Shown here piece by piece: positions 42,230 to 56,500 of a stretch of 64,000 nt of DNA. A program made the translations under genes and the position numbers. Position 1 is the stretch's first letter; each line of letters opens with the position of its first letter. Source of the DNA: the human T2T-CHM13v2.0 reference genome, Homo sapiens; assembly GCF_009914755.1 (NCBI RefSeq), contig NC_060927.1, one strand, 5' to 3'. The notes under the pieces are model-generated. The model saw nothing but the letters and a program-made list of their open reading frames with translations. It had not been told where the DNA came from and ran no database searches.

Positions 42230-42700
42230 TCTTTATGTTCTTAGCCTTAGACCCAGTCATCTTATTTCTGGGAAACTACCCTAAGGGAAGAAATTCATTA
42301 ATGTGGAAAGCCGTTTATGCACAAAAATGTTTATCATAGTCCTCTGTGAAATAGCACCAAATTGGAATCAACCCAGATACACAACACTAGGAAACAGGTT
42401 AGTAAACAGATCCACTTGATAAAAGATAATACAGCTATTAGGAGTGATGCTTAAAGGTAATCAGACTGACATGGAAAATATGCTTGAGATAAAGTGTTTA
42501 GTGAAAAAAGAAGCATGCTTCTGTGTATAATAGGATGACAACAACAACAGGAACACCTACCAAGAGAGAGAAGTGAGACATAAATGAACCAATATGTTAG
42601 CAGTGGTTGTATTTGTTTGATGGTGTCAGGGTGATTTTCTTTTATAGCATGTAATATCTTTCGCGTTTTATAAATGGGAATTTTTTTGGGTTGGGGGGTT
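42230..42700 (+). mobile_element. Old L1ME 3' fragment
   Basis: TTAGACCCAGTCATCTTATTTCTGGGAAACTACCCTAAGG motif. Confidence 0.55.
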
Positions 42701-43126
42701 AATGAAAATCTTCTAATAATCAAAAGGAAAAAAATCACAAAAGAATGAGAGGGGTAGAGAGCTATTATAGGCTCTTTCTGGTGCCTACTACCCAGGAGGT
42801 GGTTCTCCTTTGACAACTGTTTTGTAGAATTGAGACTCCAAAAGAAAGAGATGACAAAGAGATGGGATAGGAAAGGTGCCCTGGCTGGGCTAGATGGAGG
42901 TAAACTCGTTAGGGGTTGTCACTCACTGCTGTCTATAGAAATTGAGAATCAGTGCTGTGTTCCTGACTTTCAGGTTCTCCTTTGCCTGGCATAGCGTTGG
43001 GTACAAGTAGGCACTTAAACAGTGTTTATTGAATTTAGAAAAAATGGGCAGAGACTGCACAGATTCCACTGGTCACATTATTTATCTTATGCTTTTAGGG
43101 TGTTACCTTCAGAATTTGAAAAACTA

Positions 43127-43581
<455 letters not shown>

Positions 43582-45928
43582 CTATTTTGGTTAGGTTATG
43601 CTTAAGAGTTCTGTAACCTTGTCTGTAGAATTTGCTTTTATTTTGAACTTTTAAAAATATTGTAATTTTTTAGTTTTCAAAAATAGGCTATTTGTATATT
43701 TATTAGGACTATTCTCTGACCAATCAAGTAAAGTGTCATTTATAACAGAGTAGTTAGATATTTTGCTTTAACTCATGAAGAAAGGAATAAATTTAACAAA
43801 CAAAACACTTTGTCGATGTAACTATAAATAATGTTTCTAATATTGGAAGCTACTTTTCATTCATGTGGTTCTTAGAAAATACCTTAAAATAAAAAAAGAA
43901 AGAATCTATTGGTAAAGTTTAACTAAATTTTGTGTTTCATTTTGTAGTTCATAGCAGTTGCCATTTGTTTATTTTACTAAAATGATGCTGTGGCATTTCC
44001 AATTTAAGTCTCAGAATATTTTCATATGACATAAATTATGCTGTAATATAAGTAATATTCCTTTACCATTACCACAAAATAATCTAATTATAGCAATTAT
44101 TTATTGGTAGCTGTGAAAATTTTATCACAAAATGGTAATTGCTGTTAAAGTTTAATGGCTCATTATATAAATATAATTTATATTATACATTCCAAGATAA
44201 ATGTACTATACAATCACATTTCTACCCAAATATTTGAAAGATAAGGAAACAATATATCACAATAAGGAAAACTGAAAATGAAAGGTCACTAAACAATACA
44301 ATGAGAAAATATCATTTTAATCATTGAATGCTAGGAGTAAAAAGGACAGGAGACAACTAGTCTCCACAGAATTTAGTATGTACAGACAATTCGTAGAGGG
44401 GACAGTGGGTGAATTTATTCTCTACTTCCATGTCAATAAGAATGGATGAATTCCTTAAAAACCACTGAGACAGAAAAAGACATTGAGAATGAATTAAATA
44501 AAATATGCTTTTTATTGATCTACTCATGTGTCCATGTAATTTGAATATGAAACAGCAGAACCCTGTTGTGAAGCTTATCCATCTTAAGACAGAAGGAAGC
44601 ACAGATAGAAAGTCCTGGAAACTTCTTACACAAGAATTCTGCCAAATAGTGAAAATAATTTCTAACTCCTGTTTATTATTTTTCTTAAGGACTAAAATCT
44701 TTGTTTTAAAAACTGTATTCTGCAAACTCTTTGAGAATTGCTGGGGGCGGGGGGTGTGGTGAGGGTGGGGAACCAGCTGAATAAAAGAATAGAGACAGAG
44801 ATTGGCAGATTTTTATCCCTCAATCTTGGCAAAATAGAAATAAAGTGAAACATACCACAAATATTTTATTAACTATTTAAAATTAAAATCTGTTTTGAAT
44901 AAATATATATAATTTTTGATGCTACAGAAAATGTTATTTGAAGATGAGAAAATAACATGCTGCTTGTGAAGGCACACTATAAGTAAGTTTTTTTTATTAT
45001 ACTTTAAGTTCTGGGATATATGTGTAGAACGTGCAGGTTTGTTACATAGGTATACATGTGCCATGGTGGTTTGCTGTACCTATCAACCTGTTATCTACAT
45101 TAGGTATTTCTCCTAATGCTATCCCTCCCCTTGCCCTCCATTCCCCAATAGGCCCCAGTGTGTGATATTCCCCTCCCTGTGCCCATATGTTCTCATTTTT
45201 CAACTCCCACTTATGAGTGAGAACATGGAGTGATTGATTTTCTGTTCCTGTGTTAGTTTGCTGAGAATGATGGTTTCCAGCTTCATCCATGTCCCTGCAA
45301 AGGACATGAACTCATTCTTTTTTATGGCTGCATAGTATTCCATGATGTATATGTGCCACATTTTCTTTATTCAGTCTAACATTGATGGGCATTTGGGTTG
45401 GTTCCAAGTTTTTGCTATTGTGAATAGTGCTGCAGTAAACATATGTGTGGATGTATCTTTATAGTGTAATGATTTATAATCCTTTGGTTATATACCCAGT
45501 AATGACATGGCTGGGTCAAATTGTATTTCTGGTTCTAGATCCTTGAGGAATTGCCATACTGTCTTCCACAATGGTTGGACTAATTTACACTCTCACCAAC
45601 AGTGTAAAAGTGTTCCTCTTTCTCCACATCCTCTCCAGCATCTTTGTTTCCTGACTTTTTAATGATTGACAATCTAACTGGCATGAGATGGTATCTCATG
45701 GTAGTTTTTATTTGCATTTCTCTAATGAACAGTGATGATGACCTTTTTTGCATATGTTTTTTGGCCACATAAATGTCTTCTTTTGAGAAGTGTCTGTTCA
45801 TATCCTTTGCCCACTTTTGGATGGGGTTGTTTGTTATTTCTTGTAAATTTGTTTAAGTTCCTTGTAGATTTTTGATATTAGCCCTTGGTCAGATGGATAG
45901 ATTGCAAAAATTTTCTCCCATTCTGTAG

Positions 45929-46545
45929 TGAGGCAGTGCTCCTTTTGCGAGGGCATTAGCTGCGGGGAGTCTGTCCCTTGCAGACCCCTGACCCGGCGAC
46001 AGATGATTAAAGTACACTGGCACACAGATATTCTGCTTTGCCAGTCCAGCTGAGGGTCTGAGGCCACTCACAGACTCCGAGGAGAGTCATGTAAAGAATG
46101 GCAGCCGCCACCCTGAGCAGCTCCGCACTCCAAGCGTTTATTTAGTATAGAATTAACAACAGAAACTTTGAGTAAACACACTTGTGGATAATTAACATGG
46201 TTAAGAGAGTAGTTCTAGGAATGATTAAAGCTCAGGTACCGGTGCTCTAGAGTAAATACTATTGGGGGCAATTTTCCTGGTTGACCTCCCCGCCAGAGGG
46301 CCATCTGGCTCAAAAGTTAGTTAATGGAGGTAGGGTAAAGAGATTTAACTGGGGAAGACTCTGTTGTCCCTAGCATTTACCCTATGACCTAATGCTGTAA
46401 GGTAAGACCCAGTCGCTTTCAGCCTGTTCAATTATTACAGCTATGTAACCTTTCGGCCTTCCAAAAAGGTTTGTGACTATTCCCCATAACTTTCTCTAAT
46501 ATTTCCCTTTAATATTTCTGCCACCAACCTGAGTGAATCCCAACG
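45929..46545 (-). mobile_element. LTR22 (HERV-K HML-5) solo LTR with 6-bp TSD
   Basis: TSD CTGTAG at 45923-45928 and 46546-46551; - strand start (C/T)GTTGGGATTCACTCAGG...GAAATATTAAAGGG matches recalled LTR22. Confidence 0.8.
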
Positions 46546-48651
46546 CTGTAGGTTGCCTGTTCACTCTGATGATAGTTTCTTTTGCTGTCCAGAAGCTCTT
46601 TAGTTTAATTAGATCCCATTTGTCAATTTTGGCTTTTGTTGCCATTACTTTTGGCGTTTTAGTCATGAAGTCTTTGCCCTTGCCTATGTCCCGAATGGTA
46701 CTGCTTAAGTTTTCTTCTACAGTTTTTATGGTTTTAGGTCTTATGTTTAAGTCTTTAATCCATCTTGAGTTAATTTTTGTATAAGGTGTAAGGAAGGGGT
46801 CCAGTTTCAGTTTTCTATATATGGCTCGTCAGTTTTCCTAACACCATTTATTAAATAGGGAATCCTTTCCCCATTGCTTGTTTTTATCAGGTTTGTCACA
46901 GATCAGATGGCTGTAGATGTGTGGTATTATTTCTGAGGCCTCTGTTCTGTTCCATTGGTCTATATATCTGTTTTGGTACCAGTACCATGCTGTTTTGGTT
47001 ACTGTAGCCTTGTAGTATAGTTTGAAGTCAGATAGCATGATGCCTCCAGCTGTGTTCTTTTTGCTTAGGATTGTCTTGGCTATACAGGCTCTTTTTTGGT
47101 TCCATACAAAATTTAAAGTAGTTTTTTCTAATTTTATGAAGAAAGCCAATGGTAGCTTGATGGGAATGGCATTGAATGTATAAACTACTTTGGGCAGAAT
47201 GGCCATTTTTGTGATATTGATTCTTCTTATCCATGAGCATGGAATGTTTTTCCATTTGTTCGTGTCCTCTCTTATTTCCTTGAACAGTGGTTTGTAGTTC
47301 TCCTTGAAGAGGTCCTTCGCATCCCTTGTAAGTTGTATTCCTAGGTATTTTATTCTCTTTGTAGCAGTTGTGAATGGGAGTTCACTCATGATTTGGCTCT
47401 CTGTCTACTATTGGTGTATAGGAACACTTGTGATTTTTGCACATTGATTTTGTATTCTGAGACTTTGCTGAAGTTGCCAGCTTAAGGAGTTTTTGGCCTG
47501 AGACAGTGGGGTTTTCTAAATATACAATCATGTCATCTGCAAACAGAGACAATTTGACTTCCTTTCTTCCTATTTGAATACCTTTATTTCTTTCTCTTGT
47601 CTGATTGCCCTGGCCGGAACTTCCAATACTATGTTGAATAGGAAGGAGTGTTGAGAGAGGGCATCCTTGTCTTGTGCCGGTTTTCAAAGGGAATGCTTCC
47701 AGCTTTTGCCCATTTAGTATGATATTAGCTGTGGGTTTGTCATAAATAGCTCTTATTACTTTGAGATATGTTCCATTAATGCCTAGTTTATTGGATGTTT
47801 TTAACATGAAGGAGTGTTGAATTTTATTGAAGGCCTTTTCTGTATCTATTGAGATAATCATGTGGTTCTTGTCATTGGTTTTGTTTATGTGATGGATTAC
47901 GTTTATTGATTTGCATATGTTGAACCAGCCTTGCATCCCAGGGATGAAGCTGACTTGATCTTGGTGGATAAGCCTTTTAATGTGCTGCTGGATTCGGTTT
48001 GCTAGTATCTTATTGAGGATTTTCGCATTGATGTTCTTCAGGGTTATTGGCCTGAAATTTTCTTTTTTTGTTGTGTCTCTGCCAGGTTTTCGTATCAGGA
48101 TGATTCTGGTCTCATAAAATCAGTTAGGGAGGAGTCCCTCTTTTTCTATTGTTTGGAATAGTTTCAGAAGGAATGGTACCAGCTCCTCTTTATATCTCTG
48201 GTAGAATTTGGCTGTGAATCTGTCTGGTTCTGGGCTTTTTTCGGTTGGTAGGCTATTAATTACTGCCTCAATTTCAGAACTTGTTATTGGTCTATTCAGG
48301 GATTTGACTTCTTCCTGGTTTAGTCTTGGAAGGGTGTATGTGTCCAGGAATTTATCCATTTTTTTTCTAGATTTTCTAGTTTATGTGCATAGAGATGTGT
48401 ATAGTATTCTCTGATGGTCAGTGGTGATATTCCCTTTATTATTTTTTATTGTGTCTATTTGATTCTTCTCTCTTTTCTTCTTGATTAGTCTGGCTAGTGG
48501 TCTATTTTGTTAATCTTCAAAAAGCCAGCTCCTGGATTCATTGATTTTTTGGAGGGTTTTTTTGTGTCTCTGTCTCCTTCAGTTCTACTCTTATTTTAGT
48601 TATTTATTGTCTTCTGCTAGCTTTTGAATTTGTTTGCTCTTGCTTTTCTAG

Positions 48652-48949
<298 letters not shown>

Positions 48950-49959
48950 TCTAGTTCTTTTAATTGTGATGTTAGGATGTCAATTTTAGCTCTTTCCTGC
49001 TTTCTTCTGTGGGCATTTCGTGCTATAAATTAAACAGTGGTTTAGCTGTGTCCCAGAGTTTCCGGTACATTGTGTCTTTGTTCTCATTGGTTGCAAAGAA
49101 TTTATTTATTTACCCAGTAGTCATTCAGGAGCAGGTTGTTCAGTTTCCATGTAGTTGTGTGTTTTTCATGTGTATTTTGAGTGAGTTTCTTAATCCAGAG
49201 TTCTATTTTGTTTGCACTGTGGTCTGAGAGACTATTATGGTTTCCGTTCCTTTACATTTGCTGAGGAGTGTTTTACTTCCAATTATATGGTCAATTTTAG
49301 AATAAGTGCTATGTGGTACTGAGAAAAATATATATTCTGTTGATTTGGGGTGGAGAGTTCAGTAGATGTCTATTAGGGCCACTTGGTCCAGAGCTGAGTT
49401 CAAGTCCCAAATATCCTTGTTAATTTTCTGTCTCATTGATCTGTCTAATATTGACAGTGGGGTGTTAAAGTCTCCCACTATTATTGTGTGGTAGTCTAAG
49501 TCTTTTTGTAGGTCTCTAAGAAGTTGCTTTATGAATCTGGGTGTTCCTGTATTGGGTGCATATATATTTAGGATAGTTAGCTCTTCTTGTCACAGTGATC
49601 CCTTTACATTATGTAATACCTTTCCTTGTCATTTTTGATCTTTATTGGTTTAAAGTCTGTTTTATCAGAGACTAGGATTGCAACCCCTGCCTTTTTTTTG
49701 CTTTCCATTTGCTTGCTAAATCTTTCTCCTTCCCTTTATTTTGAGCCTGTGTGTGTCTTTGCACATGAGATGGGTCTGCTGAATACAGCACACTGATGGG
49801 TCTTGACTCTATCCAGTTTGCCAGTCTGTGTTTTTTAATTGGGGCATTTAGCCCGTTTACATTTAAGGTTAGTATTGTTATGTGTGAATTTGACCTGTCA
49901 TTATGATATTATGCTAGCTGGTTATTTTGCCCACTAGTTGATGTAGTTTTTTCATAGTG

Positions 49960-50972
49960 TTGATTTGATATGCTTTTGCAGTGGCTGGTACCAGTTTTTC
50001 CTTTCCATATTTAGTGCTTTCTTCAGGAGCTCTTGTAAGGCAGGCCTGATGGTGACAGAATCCCTCAGCATTTGCTTGTCTGTAAAGGATTTTATTTCTC
50101 CTCCACTTATGAAGCTTAGTTAGGCTGGTTATGAAATTCTGGGTTGAAAATTCTTTTCTTTAAGAATGTTGAATATTGGCCCCACTCTCTTGTGGCTTGT
50201 AGGGTTTCTGCAGAGAGATCTGCTGTTAGTCTGATGAGCTTCCCTTTGTGGGTAACCTGACCTTTCTCTCTGGCTGCCCTTAACTATTTTTCCTTCATTT
50301 CAACCTTGGAGAATCTGAAAATTATGTGTCTTGGGGTTGCTCTTCTCAAGGAGTATCTTTGTGGTGTTCTCTGTATTTCCTGAATTTGAATGTTGGCCTG
50401 TCTTGCTAGTTGGGGAAGTTCTCCTGGATAATATCCTCAAGTGTGTTTTCCAACTCGGTTCCATTTTCCCCGTCACTTTCAGGTACACCAATCAAATGTA
50501 GGTTTGGTTTTTTCACATAGTCCCATATTTCTTGGAGGCTTTTTTCCTTTTCATTCTTATTCTGTAATCTTGTCTTCATGGTTTATTTCATTAAGTTGAT
50601 CTTCAATCGCTGATATCTTTTCTTCTGCTTGATCAATTTGGCTACAACGTATGCTTCACGAAGTTCTCGTGCTGTGTTTTTCAGCTCCATCAGGTCACTT
50701 ATGTTCTTCTCTAAACTGGTTATTGTAGTTAGCAGTTCCTGTAACCTTTTATCAATCAAGGTTCTTAGCTTCCTTGCATTGGGTTAGAACATGCTCCTTT
50801 AGCTCGGAGGAGTTTGTTATTACCCACCTTCTGAAGCCTACTTCTGTCAATTCATCAAGTCATTCTCCATCCAGTTTTGTTCCCTTGCTGGCGAGGAGTT
50901 GTGATCTTTTGGAGGAGAAGAGGCATTCTGGTTTTTGGAATTTTCAGTCTTTTTGCGCTGGTTTTCCCTCAT
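49960..50972 (-). pseudogene. Disrupted L1 ORF1
   Basis: MRENQRKKTENSKNQNASSPPKDHNSSPAREQNWMEN start in ORF 50847-51143, frameshifted afterwards. Confidence 0.85.
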
Positions 50973-51682
50973 CTTTGTGGATTTATCTGCCTTTGGTCTT
51001 TTATATTGGTGACCTTCGGATGGGGTTTGTGCCATTGGGGTCCTTTTTGCTGATGTTGATGCTATTGCTTTCTGTTTGTTAATTTTCCTTCTAATAGGCA
51101 GGTCCCTCTTCTGCAGGTCTGCTGGAGTTTGCTGGAGGTCCACTCCAGACCCTATTTACCTGGATATCACCAGCAGAGGCTGCAGAACAGCAAAGATTGC
51201 TGCTTCTTCTTCCTCTGGAAGCTTCGACCTAGAGGGGCACCCCGCAGATGCCAGCTGGAGCTCTGCTGTATAAGGTGTCTGTCAACCCCTGCTGGGAGGT
51301 GTCTCCCAGTCAGGAGGCACGGGAGTCAGGGACCCACTTGAGGAGGCAGTCTGTCCCTTAGCAGAGCTTGAGCACTATGCTGGGAGATTCGCTGATCTCT
51401 TCAGAGCCGGCAGGCAGGAAAGTTTAAGTCTGCTGAAGCTGTGCCCACAGCCGCCCCTCCCCCCAGGTGCTCTGTCCCAGGGAGATGAGAGTTTTATGTA
51501 TAAGCCCCTAACTGGGGCTGCTGCCTTTCTTTTAGAGATGCCCTGCCTGGACAGGAGGAATCTAGAGAGGCAGTCTGGCTACATGGGCTTTGCTATGCTG
51601 TGGTGGGTTCTGCACCCAGTTTGAACTTCCAGGTGGCTTCGTTTATACTGTAAGGGGAAAACCACCTACTCAACCCTCAGTA

Positions 51683-51901
51683 ATGGCTGATGCCCCTCCC
51701 CTGACCAGGCTCCAGTGTCCCTGGTCGACTTCAGACTGCCGTGCTGGCAGCGAGAATTTCAAGCCAGTGGAGCTTAGCTTGCTAGGCTCTGTGGGGTTGG
51801 GATCTGCTGAGCTAGACCACTTGGCTCCCTGGCTTCAGCCCCCTTTCCAGGGGAGTGAACGGTTCTGTCTTGCTGCCGTTTCAGGTGCCACTGGGGTATG
51901 A
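51683..51901 (+). CDS. L1 ORF0-like antisense ORF (72 aa), candidate
   Basis: MADAPPLTRLQCPWSTSDCRAG...SVGLGSAE aligns by eye with L1HS ORF0 N-terminus (MAGAPPPASLPPCSLISDCCAS...SVGVGPSE); strong Kozak GTAATGG; translation unproven. Confidence 0.4.
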   Translation: MADAPPLTRLQCPWSTSDCRAGSENFKPVELSLLGSVGLGSAELDHLAPWLQPPFQGSERFCLAAVSGATGV

Positions 51902-52899
51902 AAGAAAACTCCTGCAGCTAGCACAGAGCCTGTTCAAAGGGCTGCCCAACTTTGTGGTTGAAACCCAGGGCCCTGGTGGTATAGGCACCCAAGGGAATCT
52001 CCTTGTCTGTGAATTGCAGAGACCATGGGAAAAGCCCAGTATCTGGGCTGGAATGCATGGTACCTCATGGCACAGTCCCTCAGGGCTTCCATTGGCTAGG
52101 AGAGGGAGTTCCCTGACCCCTTGCGCTTCCCAGGTGAGGTGATTACCCCCCCTGCTTCTGTCTGCCCTCAGTGGGCTGCACCCACTGTCTAACCAGTCCC
52201 AATGAGATGAACCATGTACCTCAGTTGGAAATGCAGAATTCACCTGCTTTCTGCATTGGTCTCTCTGGGAGCTGCAGACTGGAGCTGCTCCTATTTCGCT
52301 ATCTTGCCAGCCTCCTCCAGTAATTCTTGTGTGTTGAATTCTGCAACGCACCTTTAATTATTTTTGAAGTTGCTAACGTTAATTAAAGTTTGTGTCTGAA
52401 CCTCCTGCTGATGGAGGATGAATTACCAGAGTATAGCTGGGTTTGTGAAACCCACAGTGGATCAGGCAATGTTAAAGATGATTAAACAATTTCCCTCCTT
52501 CCATGGAGGCTTCTTTTTCTTATTACCTAAAGCAGTTTCACACTCCTTTTTGTTATCTATCTAATAGGATATTATCTAGGGTCAAATTTCTTTATAGTGT
52601 TATTGCTTATATATGCTTGAATATAGTCACAGTTTGAAAGACTGAGCTGAGCATAATAATTTATTTTAAGCTTTTATATTTGAAACTATTTTCCTTTTGA
52701 AAATGTACACTCCAGTCTAGCTCAAACATTTATTTCAACTTTCACTATATTGAGGCTTCGAAAAAAGACAAGAAAGAAAAAGAAAAAAAGAAACTTATTT
52801 ATTGCATTTGGGCCTTGGATTGCTGAAGAAACCACAGCACAAAAAAGGATCAGATTAGAGAGGTGCTTTGAAAATATCTTGTCCAGAAGGAGAAAACTG

Positions 52900-54475
52900 G
52901 TGGAACCAAAATTATCAGTTGGCCAGTCTACCATTTCATCAAGTGATATGTTACCTTGGTGAGACTAATGCATTCCATGGATATGAGTCCATGGCCAAAT
53001 TGCTGTAAAATGAGTTCCCTGGTTAATGGGAGGAAACTGGCAGTTAAGTATTCTCAAGTGATGGATAACAGTGCAAACAGGAGCGTTACAGGCAGAGATG
53101 GCATATCCTAAGTGTCTATTCCAGGAAGAAATCACTGCCCCCTCTGTATCAGGAAGGGGTATAGTGTAATCACTCTGCCACCATGTGATTGACTTGATTC
53201 CTGCCCTCTACACCCAATAGTGCTAGCCTCTGCTATTGGAAAGATAGATCCTCAGCAGTGGAGATAGATTAGGTCAGGACAGGGGAAGTACATGAAGTTG
53301 GACTCATGCATAACCATGTTGTTGGCCTCATGGGGACAGGCTACCATGTCCATTTTGTATGAAGACTCATTGAACAAGCACTGGGGAAGAGGCTGAGAGA
53401 CCTCCACAGATGTCATCTTGTCTACTTGATTATTGAGAGCTTCCTCTGCAGAGAGTGTTCGAGCTTCCACATAGGCATTCAAATAACATCGCATTATGCC
53501 CATTCTGAAAGGTTCACCCACATGCCTCTTCCCCAGATCTCCTTATCCTTGATCTTCCAATCCTGTTATTTCTCATTCACCATGGTGTTAGCTACTGCCC
53601 ACAAATTGATGTAGGTCCATTTTTCTAGGCATCTCTCAGTCCAGACAATGTGGAAAGTCAACATACTGCTGGAAATTCTGCCTCCCAGAAGGAATTCCCT
53701 TTACTAATATCCTGCGGAGCTACCCTGAGTGGGACTGTCATGCTACAGCTGCCCAATTCTGGTTGGTGTCAATTATATCTCACAGAATCATTCATAAATC
53801 AGACGTGAGGTTTCCCCTGCTTATATTGGTTGATTATGAGGAATTTCCCATGAAGACACAGGTGTGAATTGAGGAAGATGAGACAGAGCAACAGGCATAG
53901 GTGGCATAGGCATCTGAATGCCTGGCCATGCAACTGATATCTTCTGGAACTGCTTGGGCCTGATTGCTTATATACCATTACCACTTGACAGTGGGAACCT
54001 ACTATAAACACCTAGCATGAGAAGAAGCAGAAATCTAGGCCACATGGTCACTTTATGTCCATAGTCAGAGGTTCAATGCCAGGGCCTTGTAGCAAGCATG
54101 AGCTGTTTCTCAAAAGGAGAACAGTTATCTGTAGAAGGGGGTGTGGCTCTGTTCTAAAACCCTATGAGCATTTGTGGTACTTCTACAATTTCCCAAAGGT
54201 CCAGCGTAGCATCTCTATTTATTATAGACACTTTACAAATCATTGGATCCGTTGGGTTATGCATACGGGACAGAGCAGCTTATGCCTCAGGGACAGAGCA
54301 GCTTACTCTGCCACCTGGACTTGCTACTCAGCCTTTTCTTGCTTCAGGCCCCACTCAAAACTGGTTGCCTTACAGTTTACTTAGTAAATGAATGAGAGCA
54401 GGATACTCATATGTGCTGTATGTCATCTCCAAAATCCAAAAGAGCTCATTAAGCATCAAGCCTCTTTTTTGACTG
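52900..54475 (-). mobile_element. ERVL internal pol remnant (RT/RNase H/integrase)
   Basis: SAEEALNNQVDKMT (ORF 53252-53521) and - strand motifs resembling SPFEKQL, FEWG, FGFW of ERVL pol in canonical order. Confidence 0.8.
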
Positions 54476-56089
54476 AAAGGCTAAATGATGATTATAACAA
54501 CAACGGCAATAAAAGCAACAGCCCTAGACTGCCTGGGACAATCCATTAGAGAAATAGTAGACTCTACTCTGGTGGTTGTGACTGAAGATGCAGCTGGAGA
54601 GGTAGAGTGCTACCTCTGTCTCATTGCAAGGCCTGGATGGGGTGCTGCTGGGCTGATTTGGACATTTACTTTGGGCACAGATGTATGCCCTTGGGATGGT
54701 TGGTGTGAAGTTCAGTGGCAGCTGGTTTGGAATTTGGCTTTTCACCACATATTTAAAAAATACCCCTCATTTGGGAATTTACTATTTATATACATTTTAT
54801 TTTCTCATTTTTTAAATTATCTATATTTCTGTCTGCTTTTCAATTATTGAAAGCTATAGTTGGGGTACTTTTCTATTTAGGTATAGAATGTATCCCTCAG
54901 TTTCAAAGTCATATACTGAGCATTAGGCACTTTTTGGGCACTTTGCGTATCTTATTTAGTACGAATAGTTGACATTGTTTTAGTAACATCACTGTGGCAG
55001 GACTTGAAATTTTGCAAGAGTTATTTTTAATAGTCTGCTTTCCAATAAATCAGTCAACAAATAAATGCCATCTATCTACTAGTAATTGACTGGAGGTGGG
55101 GGCTCAAGGGACTCCTGGATGATAAGGGAATTGTCACCCACTTTTTTTCTAAGCACAGATACTGATCCAGGCAGGCCTTTTCCAGTCAGCGCAAGAGCAG
55201 TTGCCCTGCAGCACTAGGTCCATTACAAAGAACTTTCCCCTACCAAAAAAAAAAAAAAAAAAAATTCATGCTTCCAGTAGTCACCTGAAACTGAATGAAC
55301 AGGTAAAAACACTTAGATCAAATTTCAATTATTTATGTTCACTGCAAAATGAGATGACCTTCCTGCAGTCACAGAATGATTCTAGAACTTGCAGATCAAA
55401 TATAAATTTTGTGCCTTCTAAATGAGTTACTAGAAATTAAAATATATGCACATTTTGGAAAACTTTGTTTTGAAGCATTTAAAATGACAACATGGATGGC
55501 GATTAGCATAGAAGTTGGAAGAGTTCCCACTGTTCAGCAGGAGTTAACAAAGGTGGTCCCCTGAACTCTCTCAACTCTTGGAAAAGCTTCATTCCTTCTC
55601 TCCTATCCCAGTCATCAAAGCTTGCAGACACCATCTGCCTTGGTACCATCAGGGCCAATGTTATCATTCCTTTAATCTTAGTTCATTAATTTCCACAAGA
55701 ATCCCAGGTCTCCTAGATCACCCTGCATTCCCTTGGACTCTGATCCCCACTCACCTATGTACACTCCTTCGTCTGACCCTGTCTCCCACCTTTCCTTTTC
55801 CCTATGAGGGCTGTGAAGGTTGATCATCAGCAGTATCCCCTGGATCATCTTCCCAGATGTGCATTTCATTTCCTTCCCTTTCTCTCTCCCAAGTAGATGC
55901 TGTTTCTATCCAACTACCACTGGGCCTGCAGGTGTTAGAAGTGCCTTCCTTGTTCCTCATTGTTGCTTTGAAGTTGTTCAGGCTGCCACCTCTATATAGC
56001 AAAACAAAAACTGTGTCATCAGATGCTATTATCTACTTTCCTCCCTTATTGCACTTCCCTGCTGATCCCTAAATCCTTTCCTCTAATTC

Positions 56090-56500
56090 TGTTAAGATTA
56101 ATGTTAGGGTTCTTGAGAGAAACAGAATCAATACAATATGCATATTTATAGAAATAGATTTATTTTAAAGACTTGGATCCCATGATTATTGAGGTTGGTG
56201 AGTCCAACATTTGCAGTGTGGGCCAGCAGCTTGAGACCCAGGAGAGCTGATGGTAAAGTTCCCATTGGAAGGCTAGCAGGTGGACACCCAGGAGAGCAAA
56301 TTGTGCATATGAAATCTGAAGGCAGTCTGCTGGAGAATCCTCTCTTGCTCAGGGAGCTCATTCTTTTTGTTCTATCCAGACTTTGCACCAACTGAGTTAG
56401 GTCGATTCACATTAAGCAGGGCAATCTCTTTTACTCAAAGTTTAATGCCAAGCTCATCCAAAAACACCCTGCAAGTTGACACATGAAATTAATAATCACA
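56090..56500 (-). mobile_element. MLT2 LTR (HERVL 3' LTR)
   Basis: TAGGGTTCTTGAGAGAAACAGAA ... GTTGACACATGAAATTAATAATCACA termini typical of MLT2. Confidence 0.85.
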
